Below, one piece after another: positions 10,231 to 22,970 of a stretch of 64,000 nucleotides of DNA (position 1 is its first letter; the number at the start of each line of letters is the position of its first letter). The notes beneath the pieces are model-generated. The model had not been told where the DNA came from. It did not search any database and saw nothing but the letters and a program-made list of their open reading frames with translations. This stretch comes from Stellaceae bacterium (GTDB taxonomy: Bacteria; Pseudomonadota; Alphaproteobacteria; ATCC43930; CGMCC-115725): positions 6,523-70,522 of the forward strand of contig DATAUV010000115.1 of NCBI GenBank assembly GCA_036268075.1, given 5' to 3'. The translations under genes were made by a program, and so were the position numbers.

Positions 10231-10647
10231 ATGGACAGCACTGAGCAAGCAAACGATCTCCTGGCTCTGACGACTGAAATCGTCGCGGCGCACGTCTCGA
10301 ACAATACAGTAGCGCTCGGCGATTTGCCGCAGCTCATCAATCAGGTCTATCAATCGCTGGCCAATATCGGAACCGTTCCCGTAGCACCCGCCGCCCGTCC
10401 GCAACCGGCCGTCAACGTCAAGAAATCGGTCCAGGCCGACTACATCGTCTGCCTCGAAGACGGCAAAAAGCTGAAGATGCTCAAGCGGCACCTGAAGACA
10501 GCCTACAACATGACCCCCGAGGCCTATCGCGAGCGCTGGGGTCTTCCGCCCGACTATCCGATGGTGGCGCCGAACTACGCGCGTCAGCGCAGCCGGCTCG
10601 CGAAGGAGATCGGCCTCGGCACCCGCGCCCGCCGCGTGAGGGGCTGA
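10231..10647 (+). CDS. mucR: MucR/Ros-family zinc-finger transcriptional regulator
   Basis: [47 protein letters not shown] is the Ros/MucR C2H2-like core. Confidence 0.9.
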   Translation: MDSTEQANDLLALTTEIVAAHVSNNTVALGDLPQLINQVYQSLANIGTVPVAPAARPQPAVNVKKSVQADYIVCLEDGKKLKMLKRHLKTAYNMTPEAYRERWGLPPDYPMVAPNYARQRSRLAKEIGLGTRARRVRG

Positions 10648-10669
10648 ATCTCGGTTGCGGGAGGCATAG

Positions 10670-10689
10670 GCCGAACCGCTTGGTTCGGC
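10670..10689 (+). terminator. Hairpin downstream of mucR (terminator-like, no U-tract)
   Basis: gccgaacc-gctt-ggttcggc, an 8-bp perfect stem 23 nt after the mucR stop. Followed by tataat, which could be a -10 box for fur. Confidence 0.3.
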
Positions 10690-10728
10690 TATAATGGCGG
10701 CGGTTATGCCGCTCGCTAAAGCCATCCG

Positions 10729-11160
10729 ATGATCTCGCGCCTCGAGCAACTGTGTCTCGACAAAGGCTTGAAGATGACTGAGCAGCGCCGGGTGATTGCC
10801 CGGGTGCTGTCGGACGCGGCTGACCATCCCGATGTCGAGCAGGTTTATCGGCGCTCGACCGAGATCGATCCGCATATCAGCATCGCCACGGTGTACCGCA
10901 CGGTCCGCCTGTTCGAGGAAGCGAACATCCTCGCCCGCCACGATTTCGGCGAGGGGCGCGCCCGCTACGAGGAAATGCCGAGCGACCACCACGACCACCT
11001 GATCAACCTGCAGACCGGCGAGGTGATCGAGTTCCGCAACGAGGACATCGAAAAACTGCAACATTTTGTTGCTAGCCAGCTTGGCTATGACCTCGTCGGA
11101 CATAAGCTCGAGCTTTACGCGGTCCCCCGCCGCGACGAGCGCGGGAAAGACCGAGAATGA
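10729..11160 (+). CDS. fur: Fur/Mur-type metalloregulator (alphaproteobacterial Fur-Mur clade)
   Basis: MTEQRRVIARVL...HPDVEQVYRR...ISIATVYRTVRLFEEANILARHDFGEGRARYE...HHDHLINLQTGEVIEF closely resembles rhizobial Mur/Fur as remembered. Confidence 0.8.
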   Translation: MISRLEQLCLDKGLKMTEQRRVIARVLSDAADHPDVEQVYRRSTEIDPHISIATVYRTVRLFEEANILARHDFGEGRARYEEMPSDHHDHLINLQTGEVIEFRNEDIEKLQHFVASQLGYDLVGHKLELYAVPRRDERGKDRE

Positions 11161-11200
11161 CCCCGTTCTTCCGCACTTCCGGCCGGTTGAGCCGGGATCG

Positions 11201-12073
11201 ATGAATCCGGTCGGCACGATCGACCCGCCGCCGTCGCGGCTCAAATCCCCGCTCGGCCCCGCCGCGCCGAACCCGCGCCACCGAATCGTCGATCTTTCCG
11301 CCGGCCGGCTGCAGGTGCGTCTCGCCGAGGACCGCGCCGATATCGAGGCGGCGCAGGCGCTGCGCTACCGCGTGTTCTACGAGACGATGGGTGCGCAGCC
11401 GCTGTCCGGGATGGCGCATGACCGGCGCGATTTCGACCCGTTCGACGAGTTCTGCGACCATCTCCTCGTCATCGACCACGAATCCGGCCACGCCGGCGGC
11501 GAGGTCGTCGGCACCTACCGGCTGATCCGCCGCGGCGCGGCGCAGCGTTGCGGCCGGTTCTACTCGTCGGCCGAGTACGACATCTCGACCTTGATCGCCT
11601 CGCCCGGGGAAATCCTCGAGTTGGGGCGGTCCTGCGTCGATCCCGGCTATCGCGGCCGCGGCGCGATGCAGCTTTTGTGGGGCGGCATCGCGGCCTATGT
11701 CTTCCACTACGACATCGCGCTGATGTTCGGCTGCGCGAGCCTCCCCGGCACCGACCCCGAGGCGCTGGCCGAGCCGCTCTCCTACCTCCATCACCATCAC
11801 CTCGCGCCGCCCGAGCTCAGGGCGCGCGCGCTGCCCGAGCGCTACGTCGACATGCGCCGGCGCGACCCCGTGGCCGATTCGGGGCGGGTCAAGGCCGGCC
11901 TGCCGCCGCTGATCAAAGGCTACCTCCGCCTCGGCGGGTTTGTCGGCGACGGCGCCGTGATCGACGAGCAGTTCAACACCACCGACGTCTTCATCGTCGT
12001 CAAGACCGACCTCGTGGCCGAGAAGTACTCCCGGCATTACGTCAGGACCGCGAAGGACCCGTGGTCGGCCTAG
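11201..12073 (+). CDS. olsB: Ornithine-acyl-ACP N-acyltransferase (ornithine lipid synthesis)
   Basis: GNAT/hemolysin-like protein with [15 protein letters not shown], immediately upstream of a lyso-lipid acyltransferase gene. Confidence 0.75.
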   Translation: MNPVGTIDPPPSRLKSPLGPAAPNPRHRIVDLSAGRLQVRLAEDRADIEAAQALRYRVFYETMGAQPLSGMAHDRRDFDPFDEFCDHLLVIDHESGHAGGEVVGTYRLIRRGAAQRCGRFYSSAEYDISTLIASPGEILELGRSCVDPGYRGRGAMQLLWGGIAAYVFHYDIALMFGCASLPGTDPEALAEPLSYLHHHHLAPPELRARALPERYVDMRRRDPVADSGRVKAGLPPLIKGYLRLGGFVGDGAVIDEQFNTTDVFIVVKTDLVAEKYSRHYVRTAKDPWSA

Positions 12074-12087
12074 CGCGCATCGGCTCG

Positions 12088-12918
12088 ATGCGGCTGCGCA
12101 TCTGGCGGCTGACGGCGTATCTCGTCCTGACGTTGACGCTGATGCCGGTGCAGGTCCTCGGGATGCTGCTGCGCCGGCCCTGGGCGGAGACGCTGCCGCG
12201 CCTCTACCATCGCCTGTGCTGCCGCGCGCTCGGCATCCGCGTGCGCCGGATCGGCGAGCCGACGTTGAAGCGCCCGGTGCTTTACGCCGCCAATCACATC
12301 TCCTACCTCGACATCACCGCGCTCGGCTCGGTGGTGGTCGGCGGCTTTGTCGCCAAGTCCGAGGTCGGGCGCTGGCCGCTCTTCGGCTGGCTCGCGAAGA
12401 TGCAGCGCTGCGTCTTTGTCGACCGCCAGGTGCGCAGCACCGCGACCCAGCGCGACGCATTGACCGAGCGCCTCGCCGCCGGGGACGCGCTGATCCTCTT
12501 TCCCGAGGGCACCAGCCACGACGGCAACCGCATCCTGCCGTTCAAGAGCGCCCTCTTCAGCGCGGCGATGCTGCCCCAGGTCGCGGTGCAGCCGGTCTCG
12601 GTGACCTATACCCGGCTCGACGGGATGCCGCTCGGCCGCGGGCTCCGGCCGCTCTTCGCCTGGTATGGCGATATGGCGATGGCGCCCCATCTATGGCGAG
12701 TGCTCGGGCTGGGCACGCTGGAGATCGTCATCGAGTTCCACCGCCCGACGAATTTCGCCGAATGCGGCTCGCGCAAGGCCCTGGCCGCCTATTGCGAGGC
12801 CCGCGTCCTCGCCGGCGTCAACGCCGCGCGCACCGGCCGTCAGCCCGCCGCCACCACGTCGCCGCGCGAGCGGGTCGAGCCGGCCGCGGTGGATTTCGCG
12901 GCGACTGTTTCCGGATGA
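12088..12918 (+). CDS. olsA: Lyso-ornithine lipid O-acyltransferase (PlsC family)
   Basis: N-terminal TM span, HX4D motif (NHISYLD) and FPEGTS motif. Adjacent to olsB. Confidence 0.75.
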   Translation: MRLRIWRLTAYLVLTLTLMPVQVLGMLLRRPWAETLPRLYHRLCCRALGIRVRRIGEPTLKRPVLYAANHISYLDITALGSVVVGGFVAKSEVGRWPLFGWLAKMQRCVFVDRQVRSTATQRDALTERLAAGDALILFPEGTSHDGNRILPFKSALFSAAMLPQVAVQPVSVTYTRLDGMPLGRGLRPLFAWYGDMAMAPHLWRVLGLGTLEIVIEFHRPTNFAECGSRKALAAYCEARVLAGVNAARTGRQPAATTSPRERVEPAAVDFAATVSG

Positions 12919-14231
12919 CGATGAAGCGCCTCTACATCAAGACCTATGGCTGCCAGATGAACGTCTACGATTCGGCGCGCATGGCCGAATTGATGACGCC
13001 GCTGGGCTACCTCCCCGCCGAAACCCCGGCCGGCGCCGACCTCGTGATCCTCAACACCTGCCACATCCGCGAGAAGGCGGCCGAGAAGGTCTATTCCGAG
13101 CTCGGCACGATCCGCCGCCTGAAGCGCGCGAAGGAAAAGACCGGCGGCAACATGGTCGTCGCCGTCGCCGGCTGCGTCGCCCAGGCCGAGGGCGAGGAGA
13201 TCATGGCGCGGGCGCCGATCGTCGACATGGTCTTCGGCCCCCAGGCCTATCACCGCCTGCCCGAGATGGTCGCCAAGGCGACCCGCGCCGGCGGCGGCAT
13301 CCTCGACACGAGCTTTCCGCCGGAAGCCAAGTTCGACCACCTCCCCGCCCGCACCGGCGAGGCCGCGGTCAGCGCCTTTCTGACGATCCAGGAGGGCTGC
13401 GACAAATTCTGCACGTTCTGCGTCGTCCCCTACACCCGCGGCGCCGAATTCTCGCGCCCCCTCGGTGAAATCCTGACCGAGGCCCGCAGCCTCGTCGATG
13501 CCGGCGCGCGCGAGATCACCCTCCTCGGCCAGAACGTCAACGCCTACCACGACGGATCGTACGGCCTCGGCGACCTCTTGCGAGCCCTCGCCGAGCTCCC
13601 GGGCCTCGTCCGCCTGCGCTACACGACCTCGCACCCGCGCGATGTCGACGACGCGCTCGTCGCCGCGCATCGCGACCTCGACGTGGTGATGCCGTTCCTG
13701 CACCTGCCGGTGCAAAGCGGGGCCGACCGGGTGTTGGCTCAGATGAACCGGCGCCACACCGCCGACGACTATCGCCGCACGATCGACCGGCTGCGCCAGG
13801 CGCGGCCCGACATCGCGTTTTCCTCGGATTTCATCGTCGGGTTCCCCGGCGAAGGCGACAAGGACTTCCACGCCACACTCGACCTGGTGAAGGAGATCGG
13901 ATTTGCGCAGTCGTTCTCGTTCAAATACTCGCCCCGCCCCGGTACCCCCGCCGCATCGCTGCCCCAAGTGCCTGAAATGGTGAAGGCCGAGCGCCTCGCC
14001 GAGCTGCAGGCCCTGCTGCGCGCGCAGCAAAACGACTTCAACCATGCCGCAATCGGGCAGGTCATGCCGGTGCTGTTCGAAAAGCCGGGCCGCCACCCCG
14101 GCCAGCTCACCGGCCGCACCCCGCGTCTCCACCCGGTCCACGCGACGGTCGAGGGAGGCGCGATCGGTAGGGTGCTGCCGGTCAGGATCGACGCCGTCCT
14201 GGGGAACAGCCTCTCGGGCAGCCTCGCATGA
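12915..14231 (+). CDS. miaB: tRNA-i6A37 methylthiotransferase
   Basis: [20 protein letters not shown] and radical-SAM motif [15 protein letters not shown] overlap with the olsA stop. Confidence 0.92.
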   Translation: MTMKRLYIKTYGCQMNVYDSARMAELMTPLGYLPAETPAGADLVILNTCHIREKAAEKVYSELGTIRRLKRAKEKTGGNMVVAVAGCVAQAEGEEIMARAPIVDMVFGPQAYHRLPEMVAKATRAGGGILDTSFPPEAKFDHLPARTGEAAVSAFLTIQEGCDKFCTFCVVPYTRGAEFSRPLGEILTEARSLVDAGAREITLLGQNVNAYHDGSYGLGDLLRALAELPGLVRLRYTTSHPRDVDDALVAAHRDLDVVMPFLHLPVQSGADRVLAQMNRRHTADDYRRTIDRLRQARPDIAFSSDFIVGFPGEGDKDFHATLDLVKEIGFAQSFSFKYSPRPGTPAASLPQVPEMVKAERLAELQALLRAQQNDFNHAAIGQVMPVLFEKPGRHPGQLTGRTPRLHPVHATVEGGAIGRVLPVRIDAVLGNSLSGSLA

Positions 14232-15235
14232 GCGCCCCGACCCCGGCGGCGGCGGCCGGCGACCGCGCCGCCCGCAACCAGATCGAGTTCGACGACAACC
14301 TCCTGCTGCCGCTGCTCTACGGCGAGCGCGACCAGAACCTCGACCAGATCGAGCGGCAGCTCGGCGTGTCGCTGGTGCCGCGCGGCAACCGGCTGTCGAT
14401 TGCCGGCCCGGCCTCGGCGACCGCGGTCGCGCATTTGGCGCTGTCGCAGCTTTACGACCGGCTCAAGAGCGGCCAGGAGGTCGATCCTGCCCAGGTCGGT
14501 ACGGCGATCCGCTTTGCCCACGCCGCGGTCGACGACAAGACGCTGAACCTCTGGCACGAGGACGCCGCGTTCCGCACGCGCAAGCGCCGCATCGCCGCGC
14601 GCTCGGTGACCCAGGCGGCCTATATCAAGGCGCTCCGCGAGAGCGAGCTGGTGTTCGGGCTCGGCCCCGCCGGCACCGGCAAGACCTATCTCGCGGTTGC
14701 CGCCGCGGTCGATCTGCTGATGGCGGGGCGGGTCGAGCGCATCATCCTGTCGCGCCCGGCGGTGGAGGCCGGCGAGCGGCTCGGCTTCCTCCCCGGCGAT
14801 GTGCGCGACAAGGTCGACCCGTACCTGCGCCCGATCTTCGACGCGCTCAACGACATGCTGCCCGGCGACCAGCTCCAGAAGCGCATGGCGAGCGGCGAGA
14901 TCGAGGTCGCCCCGCTTGCCTTCATGCGCGGCCGCACCCTCGCCCACGCCTTCGTCATCCTCGACGAGGCGCAGAACACGACGCCGGTGCAGATGAAGAT
15001 GTTCCTGACGCGGCTCGGCGAAGGGTCGCGCATGGTCGTCACCGGCGACCCGACCCAGGTCGACCTCGCGCCCGGCGCCCGCTCCGGCCTCGCCGACGCG
15101 CTCGACGCGCTGCGCGGCGTGCCGGAGGCCGCAATCGTCCGCTTCACCGAGCAGGATGTCGTCCGCCACAACCTCGTCGCCCGCATCGTCGGCGCCTACG
15201 AAGCCCGCGACCGCGCCGGACGAGGGAATGACTAG
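14228..15235 (+). CDS. ybeZ: PhoH-like ATPase (YbeZ)
   Basis: Walker [13 protein letters not shown]. Conserved miaB-phoH-ybeY-corC-lnt context. Confidence 0.88.
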   Translation: MSAPTPAAAAGDRAARNQIEFDDNLLLPLLYGERDQNLDQIERQLGVSLVPRGNRLSIAGPASATAVAHLALSQLYDRLKSGQEVDPAQVGTAIRFAHAAVDDKTLNLWHEDAAFRTRKRRIAARSVTQAAYIKALRESELVFGLGPAGTGKTYLAVAAAVDLLMAGRVERIILSRPAVEAGERLGFLPGDVRDKVDPYLRPIFDALNDMLPGDQLQKRMASGEIEVAPLAFMRGRTLAHAFVILDEAQNTTPVQMKMFLTRLGEGSRMVVTGDPTQVDLAPGARSGLADALDALRGVPEAAIVRFTEQDVVRHNLVARIVGAYEARDRAGRGND

Positions 15236-15253
15236 CGCCGTGGCCAGGGCAAT

Positions 15254-15328
15254 GATGGGTTTCGCTGCGCTCTACCCATCCTACGAGCACCGGCGCCGTA
15301 GGATGGGTTGAGCATCGCGAAACCCATC
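15254..15328. repeat. REP-like palindrome, family B (diverged copy)
   Basis: gatgggtttcgctgcgctctacccatcctacg...cgtaggatgggttgagcatcgcgaaacccatc. Lies between phoH and ybeY. Confidence 0.8.
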
Positions 15329-15340
15329 GGGCATTCGCAT

Positions 15341-15826
15341 ATGGGCCCCGCTTCGACGATCGACATCGCGGTCACCATCCATCACGGCGACTGGGGCGAC
15401 TGCGCCCCCGCGGTCGAGGCCGCCGCCCGCTTGGCCCTCGCCGGCGAAAGCGGCCCCGTCGCCGTCGACATCACCCTCACCGACGATCCCGAGCAGCAGC
15501 GCCTCAACCGCACCTGGCGCGGCAAGGACGCGCCGACCAACGTCCTCGCCTTCCCCGGCGACGGACCGGTGCCCCCAGGCGCGCCGCAAACGGGGGCGCC
15601 GCGAATCCTCGGCGATGTCGTGCTCGCGCTGTCGACGATCCGGCGCGAGGCGGCCGAGCAGGACAAGCCCTTTGCCGATCACCTGCGCCACCTCGTCGTT
15701 CACGGGGTATTGCACCTGCTCGGCCACGATCACGACGAGCCGGCGGCGGCGGCCGCGATGGAGCGGCGCGAAATCGCGCTCCTGGCCGAATTAGGGGTAC
15801 CGGATCCGTACCGCGACACCATTTGA
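15341..15826 (+). CDS. ybeY: rRNA maturation endoribonuclease YbeY
   Basis: HGVLHLLGHDH zinc motif. Start placed at the ATG after the REP element. Confidence 0.88.
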   Translation: MGPASTIDIAVTIHHGDWGDCAPAVEAAARLALAGESGPVAVDITLTDDPEQQRLNRTWRGKDAPTNVLAFPGDGPVPPGAPQTGAPRILGDVVLALSTIRREAAEQDKPFADHLRHLVVHGVLHLLGHDHDEPAAAAAMERREIALLAELGVPDPYRDTI

Positions 15827-15850
15827 AAGAGGAACAGGGGTCTCCCTTAG

Positions 15851-16757
<907 letters not shown>

Positions 16758-16765
<8 letters not shown>

Positions 16766-18383
16766 GGCGGCGACCCTGCGGGTCCAGCCCGGCACTCGCA
16801 TCGACACCCCGCTGAGCCGCCTCGCCTTTACCCTCGCCACCCTGCCCGCTTGGGGCCGCTACACGCTCGCCGTGCTGCTCGGCGCGCTGATGGCCGCGGC
16901 GATGCCGCCGGTCGATCTGTCGCCGGTCGTCTTCGTCGCCTTCCCCGGCCTCATCTGGCTCGACGAGGGGAGCCCGAGCGCCTGGGCCTCGTTCCGCCTC
17001 GGCTACGCGTTCGCCGCCGGGTTTTTCGTCGCCGGGATGTACTGGATCGCGGTCGCGCTGTTTGTCGACATCGCCCGGTATTGGTGGGCCTTGCCGTTCG
17101 CGGTATTCGGCGTGCCGACGCTGCTGGCTTTCTTTCCGGCTGCGGCGATGGGCCTCCTCGGCCTCGCCACGCGGCGCTTCGGGCTTTCCGGCGTCGCCCG
17201 CGTGTGCCTTTTCGCCGTCTTGTGGTGCGTAGCGGAATGGACCCGCGGCCACATCATGACCGGGTTTCCCTGGAACCTCGTCGGCTATGCCTGGTCGGGC
17301 GGGTTTCCCGGTGCGCTCGCGCTGCTGCAGGTGACCGCCTGGACCGGCATCTACGGCCTCAGCTTCCTGACCACCCTCGCCGCCGCGGTGCTCGCCCTGC
17401 TCGGCGCGCCGGCGCCGGTGCCGCGCTCGATCCGGGGCACGACGATGCCGGTCATCGCCGCCGCGCTGATCCTCGGCATCCCCGCCGCGGCCGGGGCGAT
17501 CCGGCTCGACCGCTCGCCGACCGTGCTGACCGACACCGTGCTGCGGCTGGTGCAGCCCTCGATCCCGCAGACGCTGCGCTGGGATGCCGGCGCCGCCGAG
17601 GCGAATTTCCATCGCCTCGTCGAGCTCAGCGGCACCTCCGGCGGCCCGCCGCCCGCCGCCGTGCTGTGGCCGGAAGGCGCCGCGACCTTTTATCTCGAAC
17701 GCGACGCCGCCCACCGCGAGGCCGCCGCCGGCGCCGCGCCCAAGGGCGGCTACCTGATCACCGGCGCGATCCGCAGCGACCCGCCGACCGGCCGGCCCAC
17801 AGGCTATTTCAACAGCATCGAGGCGATCGACGGCGCCGGCACGATCCGAGCCACCTACGACAAGGCCCATCTCGTCCCGTTCGGCGAGTACATGCCGCTG
17901 CGCTGGCTGTTGCCGATCGACGGCTTTATCGCCGGCAGCACCGACCTCAGCGCCGGCGACGGGCCGCACACGATCAGCCTGCCCGGCCTGCCGCCGTTCG
18001 CGCCGGCGGTGTGCTACGAGGCGATCTTTCCGCACACGATCGTCGACGAGCGCAATCGCCCCGACTGGATCCTCAACGTCACCAACGACGCCTGGTACGG
18101 CCGCAGCTCCGGCCCCTACCAGCATTTCGCGATCGCCCGCACCCGCGCGATCGAGGAGGGGCTGCCGCTGGTGCGCGTCGGCAACAACGGGATCAGCGGC
18201 GTGGTCGACCCCGAGGGCCGCGTTATCGCCCATACGACGCTCGACGCGATCGGCTATGCCGACGTCACCCTGCCGCAGCCGCGCGGGAAGACGCTGTACG
18301 CCCGCGCCGACGACTGGATTTTCGCGGCCCTTCTGCTGCTCGGCCTGATCCCCGCCTTGCTCCGGCCACGCGCCTACCGGTAG
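16758..18383 (+). CDS. lnt: Apolipoprotein N-acyltransferase
   Basis: Multi-TM N-terminus with WTRGHIMTGFPWN and a nitrilase-like domain with VCYEAIFP (catalytic Cys). Confidence 0.9.
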
Positions 18384-18408
18384 CGTTCGGGCAACCGGAG
18401 AGCAAACA

Positions 18409-19716
18409 ATGCCCGCGACGCCCCCGAACATCGTCTTCATCATGGCCGACGACCTCGGCTACGCGGATCTCTCGTGCTGCGGCCGGCGCGATTTCTCGAC
18501 CCCGAACATCGATCGCATCGCCGAGCGCGGCGTGCGCTTCACCCAGGCCTATGCCAACTCCGCCGTGTGCTCGGCGACGCGGCTGGCGCTGATCACCGGC
18601 CGCTACCAGTACCGGCTGCCGCTCGGGCTCGAGGAGCCGCTCGCCGGCAAGACCGATATCGGACTGCCGCCCGAACACCCGACTCTCCCCTCGCTGCTGC
18701 GCGCGGCCGGGTATCGCACGGCCCTCCTCGGCAAATGGCATCTCGGCGTGCTGCCGAATTTTGGGCCACTCAAAAGCGGTTATGAGAGCTTCTGGGGCAT
18801 CCGCAGCGGCGCCATCGACTACTACTCGCACCTGAATTCGCGCGGCACGCCCGATCTGTGGGACGGCGACGAGCCGACCGACCGGCCCGGCTACCTGACG
18901 GACCTCCTCGGCGACCGTGCCGTCGAGACGATCGAGCGCCGCACAAGCGCCGGCGAGCCGTTCTTCCTGAGCCTGCATTTCAACGCGCCGCATTGGCCGT
19001 GGGAAGCGCCCGGCGACGAGGCCGAATCCCAGCGCCTGCGCGGCGGCAATCTGCGCCATTACGACGGCGGCACCCAGCGCACCTACGCCCGCATGGTGCA
19101 GGCGATGGACCGCCAGGTCGGCCGGGTCCTGCAGGCGCTCGACACGAGCGGCGCGGCCGGCAACACGATCGTGATCTTCACCAGCGACAATGGCGGCGGG
19201 CGGTTCTCCGACACGTGGCCGTTCACCGGCGTCAAGACCGAGCTGCTCGAAGGCGGGTTGCGGGTCCCGGCGCTGGTCTGCTGGCCCGAGCGCGTCCCCG
19301 CCGGCCGCACGAGCGATCAGGTCATGGTCACGATGGACTGGTTCCCGACACTCCTCGAAGCCGCCGGCGCCGCGCCGGACCCCGAATATCCCGCCGACGG
19401 CATCAGCCTGCTGCCGGGTTTGGCCGACGGCGCCGCCCCAATCCCGCGCAAGCTGTTCTGGCGCTACAAGACGAATGCGCAGCAGGCCCTGCGCGACGGC
19501 GACTTCAAATACCTGAAGATTCGCGACAACACCTATCTGTTCGACGTCGTCGGCGACCCGCGCGAGCGCGCCAACCTCAAGGGCCGCCGCACCGAAATCT
19601 TCGACCGCCTCGTCGCCGAGTGGAGCGCGTGGAACGCCGCGATGCTCCCCGAAATCCCCGACAGCTTCGGCGAGGTGTTCACCGCCGCCGACCTGGCGGA
19701 CCACATCGGCTCCTAG
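18409..19716 (+). CDS. Sulfatase-family hydrolase, no signal peptide, CSATR active-site motif
   Basis: Begins directly with NIVFIMADDLGYADL. The formylglycine motif position reads SAVCSATRLALITGRY (Cys codon 18568-18570), i.e. CxAxR rather than CxPxR. Confidence 0.8.
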   Translation: MPATPPNIVFIMADDLGYADLSCCGRRDFSTPNIDRIAERGVRFTQAYANSAVCSATRLALITGRYQYRLPLGLEEPLAGKTDIGLPPEHPTLPSLLRAAGYRTALLGKWHLGVLPNFGPLKSGYESFWGIRSGAIDYYSHLNSRGTPDLWDGDEPTDRPGYLTDLLGDRAVETIERRTSAGEPFFLSLHFNAPHWPWEAPGDEAESQRLRGGNLRHYDGGTQRTYARMVQAMDRQVGRVLQALDTSGAAGNTIVIFTSDNGGGRFSDTWPFTGVKTELLEGGLRVPALVCWPERVPAGRTSDQVMVTMDWFPTLLEAAGAAPDPEYPADGISLLPGLADGAAPIPRKLFWRYKTNAQQALRDGDFKYLKIRDNTYLFDVVGDPRERANLKGRRTEIFDRLVAEWSAWNAAMLPEIPDSFGEVFTAADLADHIGS

Positions 19717-19833
19717 CTGCCGGCCCCTCCGTCCGGCAACTCAGGGTTGCCGCGGCTCCCCAGGCCACCGGCTTGACCGCATACCATCGTGTGCTCTATC
19801 AACATCGCCTGCTACCTTGGCGAGCAAGCACAT

Positions 19834-20292
19834 ATGGCCCTCACCCGACTGCCGCGGCGCCCCGGCCGCCGCAAGACCGACAAGCCCAACCCGATCGACA
19901 TCCATGTCGGCTCGCGCATCCGGCTTCGCCGCAACATGCTGGCGCTGAGCCAGGAAAAGCTCGGCGAGGCGATCGGCCTCACCTTCCAGCAGGTGCAGAA
20001 ATACGAGCGCGGCGCCAACCGGGTCGGCGCGAGCCGGCTGCACGAGCTGAGCCGCGTGCTCGACGTGCCGGTGTCGTTCTTCTTCGACGATCTCGATCCG
20101 GTCCGCGCGCCCGCGCTGCAGGGCTTCTCCGAATCGCCGGGCGAGGGCTTCGACAACGACCCGCTGCGCAAGCGGGAGACGCTCGAACTCGTCAGCGCCT
20201 ATTACGAGATCGAGGACGTGGTGCTGCGCCGCCGCCTGTTCGATCTGGTCAAGGCACTGGTCGCGACGGCGGGAGAAACGGCGGAGGCCTGA
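19834..20292 (+). CDS. XRE-family helix-turn-helix transcriptional regulator
   Basis: IRLRRNMLALSQEKLGEAIGLTFQQVQKYERGANRVGASRLHELSRVL. Start at ATG 19834 is assumed. Confidence 0.75.
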   Translation: MALTRLPRRPGRRKTDKPNPIDIHVGSRIRLRRNMLALSQEKLGEAIGLTFQQVQKYERGANRVGASRLHELSRVLDVPVSFFFDDLDPVRAPALQGFSESPGEGFDNDPLRKRETLELVSAYYEIEDVVLRRRLFDLVKALVATAGETAEA

Positions 20293-20399
20293 CGGCCGCC
20301 CGATCGCGATCGGGCTTGACGCCGGCCCCGCCAGATTCGACAACGACGCCACGCCGCCCGCCTGGGCGGCCGGGTTTATGTGACTAGGGGGACCGTCCT

Positions 20400-21560
<1,161 letters not shown>

Positions 21561-21591
21561 TCAGAAACCTGTTGACCAAGGGCCTTTTGAC

Positions 21592-22266
21592 TTGGGCCCG
21601 CTGCGCCTCTACGGACGCCGCCGCGGACGGCCGTTGCGCGCGGGGCAGCAGCGCCTCACCGAGACCCTGCTGCCCGAGCTGAGGTTCGGCCTGCCGGTCG
21701 ACCTGGCGACGCTGTTCCCGCGCCCGGTCGCGGCGATCTGGCTCGAAATCGGCTTCGGCGGCGGCGAACACCTCGCCGCGCAGGCCGAGGCCAACCCGGA
21801 TATCGGCTTCATCGGCAGCGAGGTCTTCGAAAACGGCGTCGCCCGCCTCACCTCGGCGATCGCGAACCGCAACCTCGTCAACATCCGCATCTTTCCCGAA
21901 GATGCCCGCGTGCTGCTCGCCGCCCTGCCCGCCAACTCGGTCGCCCGAACCTTTATCCTGTTCCCCGACCCGTGGCCCAAGGCACGCCACCACAAGCGCC
22001 GCCTGATCGCCCCGCCGACCCTCGATCGGCTCGCCCATTTGATGCCCCCCGGCGCCGAGCTCCGCCTCGCCACCGACGACCCCGACTATCTCGCCTGGAT
22101 GCTCGAAGCCGCGACCGTTCACCCCGCCTTCCGCTGGACCGCCCGCCGCCCGGAAGACTGGCGCACCCGTCCCGAAGACTGGCCGCCTACCCGCTACGAG
22201 GAAAAAGCCAAAGCGGCCGGAAGGACGCCGGCGTTTCTGCGGTTCGTCAGGCGGCGCGAGGCCTGA
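21592..22266 (+). CDS. trmB: tRNA (guanine46-N7)-methyltransferase
   Basis: EIGFGGGEHL and FPDPWPKARHHKRR motifs. Confidence 0.88.
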   Translation: MGPLRLYGRRRGRPLRAGQQRLTETLLPELRFGLPVDLATLFPRPVAAIWLEIGFGGGEHLAAQAEANPDIGFIGSEVFENGVARLTSAIANRNLVNIRIFPEDARVLLAALPANSVARTFILFPDPWPKARHHKRRLIAPPTLDRLAHLMPPGAELRLATDDPDYLAWMLEAATVHPAFRWTARRPEDWRTRPEDWPPTRYEEKAKAAGRTPAFLRFVRRREA

Positions 22267-22549
22267 TCTCGACCTGCACGTCGACCTCCTGGCCGAGCTT
22301 GCCGAGAATGACGATCAGGCGATCGATCGTGAATCGGTCGAGTTTGACGTTGCGAATGCGGGAGAACTCCGAAGCGGCGACGCCGGTCTGAGCCTGAGCC
22401 GCCCGCACGGTGAGCCCACGGTCATCGAGCACCGCGATGATCTTCGCCGCCAGTATCGCCCTCGCCTGCTCGAGATCGGCGTTCGGATCGCCGAAGTCGC
22501 GAAACACATTGCCGCTGCCGCGCATCAGTTCGAGATCGTCATCGCTCAT
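22247..22549 (-). CDS. higA: XRE-HTH antitoxin (HigA-like)
   Basis: 100 aa. GSGNVFRDFG N-terminus plus HTH (LTVRAAQAQTGVAASEFSRIRN). ATGA overlap with the upstream toxin gene. The 3' end overlaps trmB convergently by 20 nt. Confidence 0.8.
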   Translation of the reverse strand: MSDDDLELMRGSGNVFRDFGDPNADLEQARAILAAKIIAVLDDRGLTVRAAQAQTGVAASEFSRIRNVKLDRFTIDRLIVILGKLGQEVDVQVEIRPRAA

Positions 22550-22890
22550 CGCTGAGCCTCCCTCAGCCGCCTGACCCGCTCGCGGATGCGTTCCACATCC
22601 TCTCGCGGCGTCTTGATCCCCGTCTTCGACTTCTTCTGGAAGCCGTCGATCACCACCACGTCGGGGCCGAGTTGCACCGCATATACAACGCGAAAAGCGT
22701 CACCCCGATGCCGCAGCGCTATCTCGAACACGCCGCCTTCGACCCCCTTGAACGGCTTCGCCTTATCGGCCTTGCTGCCTTCAGCGGCGATGGTAAGCGC
22801 GCGGCGAACGTCGAGTTGCACGATTTGCGGAGACATCTCGAATTCTCTTAACGCAGCCCTCAGCCACGAGACTGCTCGAGAGTTTCGCAT
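22546..22890 (-). CDS. higB: RelE/HigB-type toxin (Gp49/DUF891-like)
   Basis: KPFKGVEGGVFEIALRHRGDAFRVVYAV....VVVIDGFQKKSKTGIKTP matches the Gp49-like toxin pattern. Toxin-first order. The ORF could extend to a TTG at 22926. Confidence 0.75.
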   Translation of the reverse strand: MRNSRAVSWLRAALREFEMSPQIVQLDVRRALTIAAEGSKADKAKPFKGVEGGVFEIALRHRGDAFRVVYAVQLGPDVVVIDGFQKKSKTGIKTPREDVERIRERVRRLREAQR

Positions 22891-22900
22891 CGCAGCGATA

Positions 22901-22916
22901 TTGACAGATTTGTCAA
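22901..22916. promoter_or_regulatory. Perfect 6-4-6 inverted repeat TTGACA-GATT-TGTCAA just upstream of higB ATG (candidate operator)
   Basis: Read directly from the sequence, 11-26 nt upstream of ATG 22890. A second imperfect palindrome, ATCGGGTATCA-N6-TGATAACCCCGAT, lies at 22936-22965. Confidence 0.4.
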
Positions 22917-22970
22917 CATCTGCCAAGGCTCACCAATCGGGTATCAAGCACCTGATAACCCCGATCTCCC

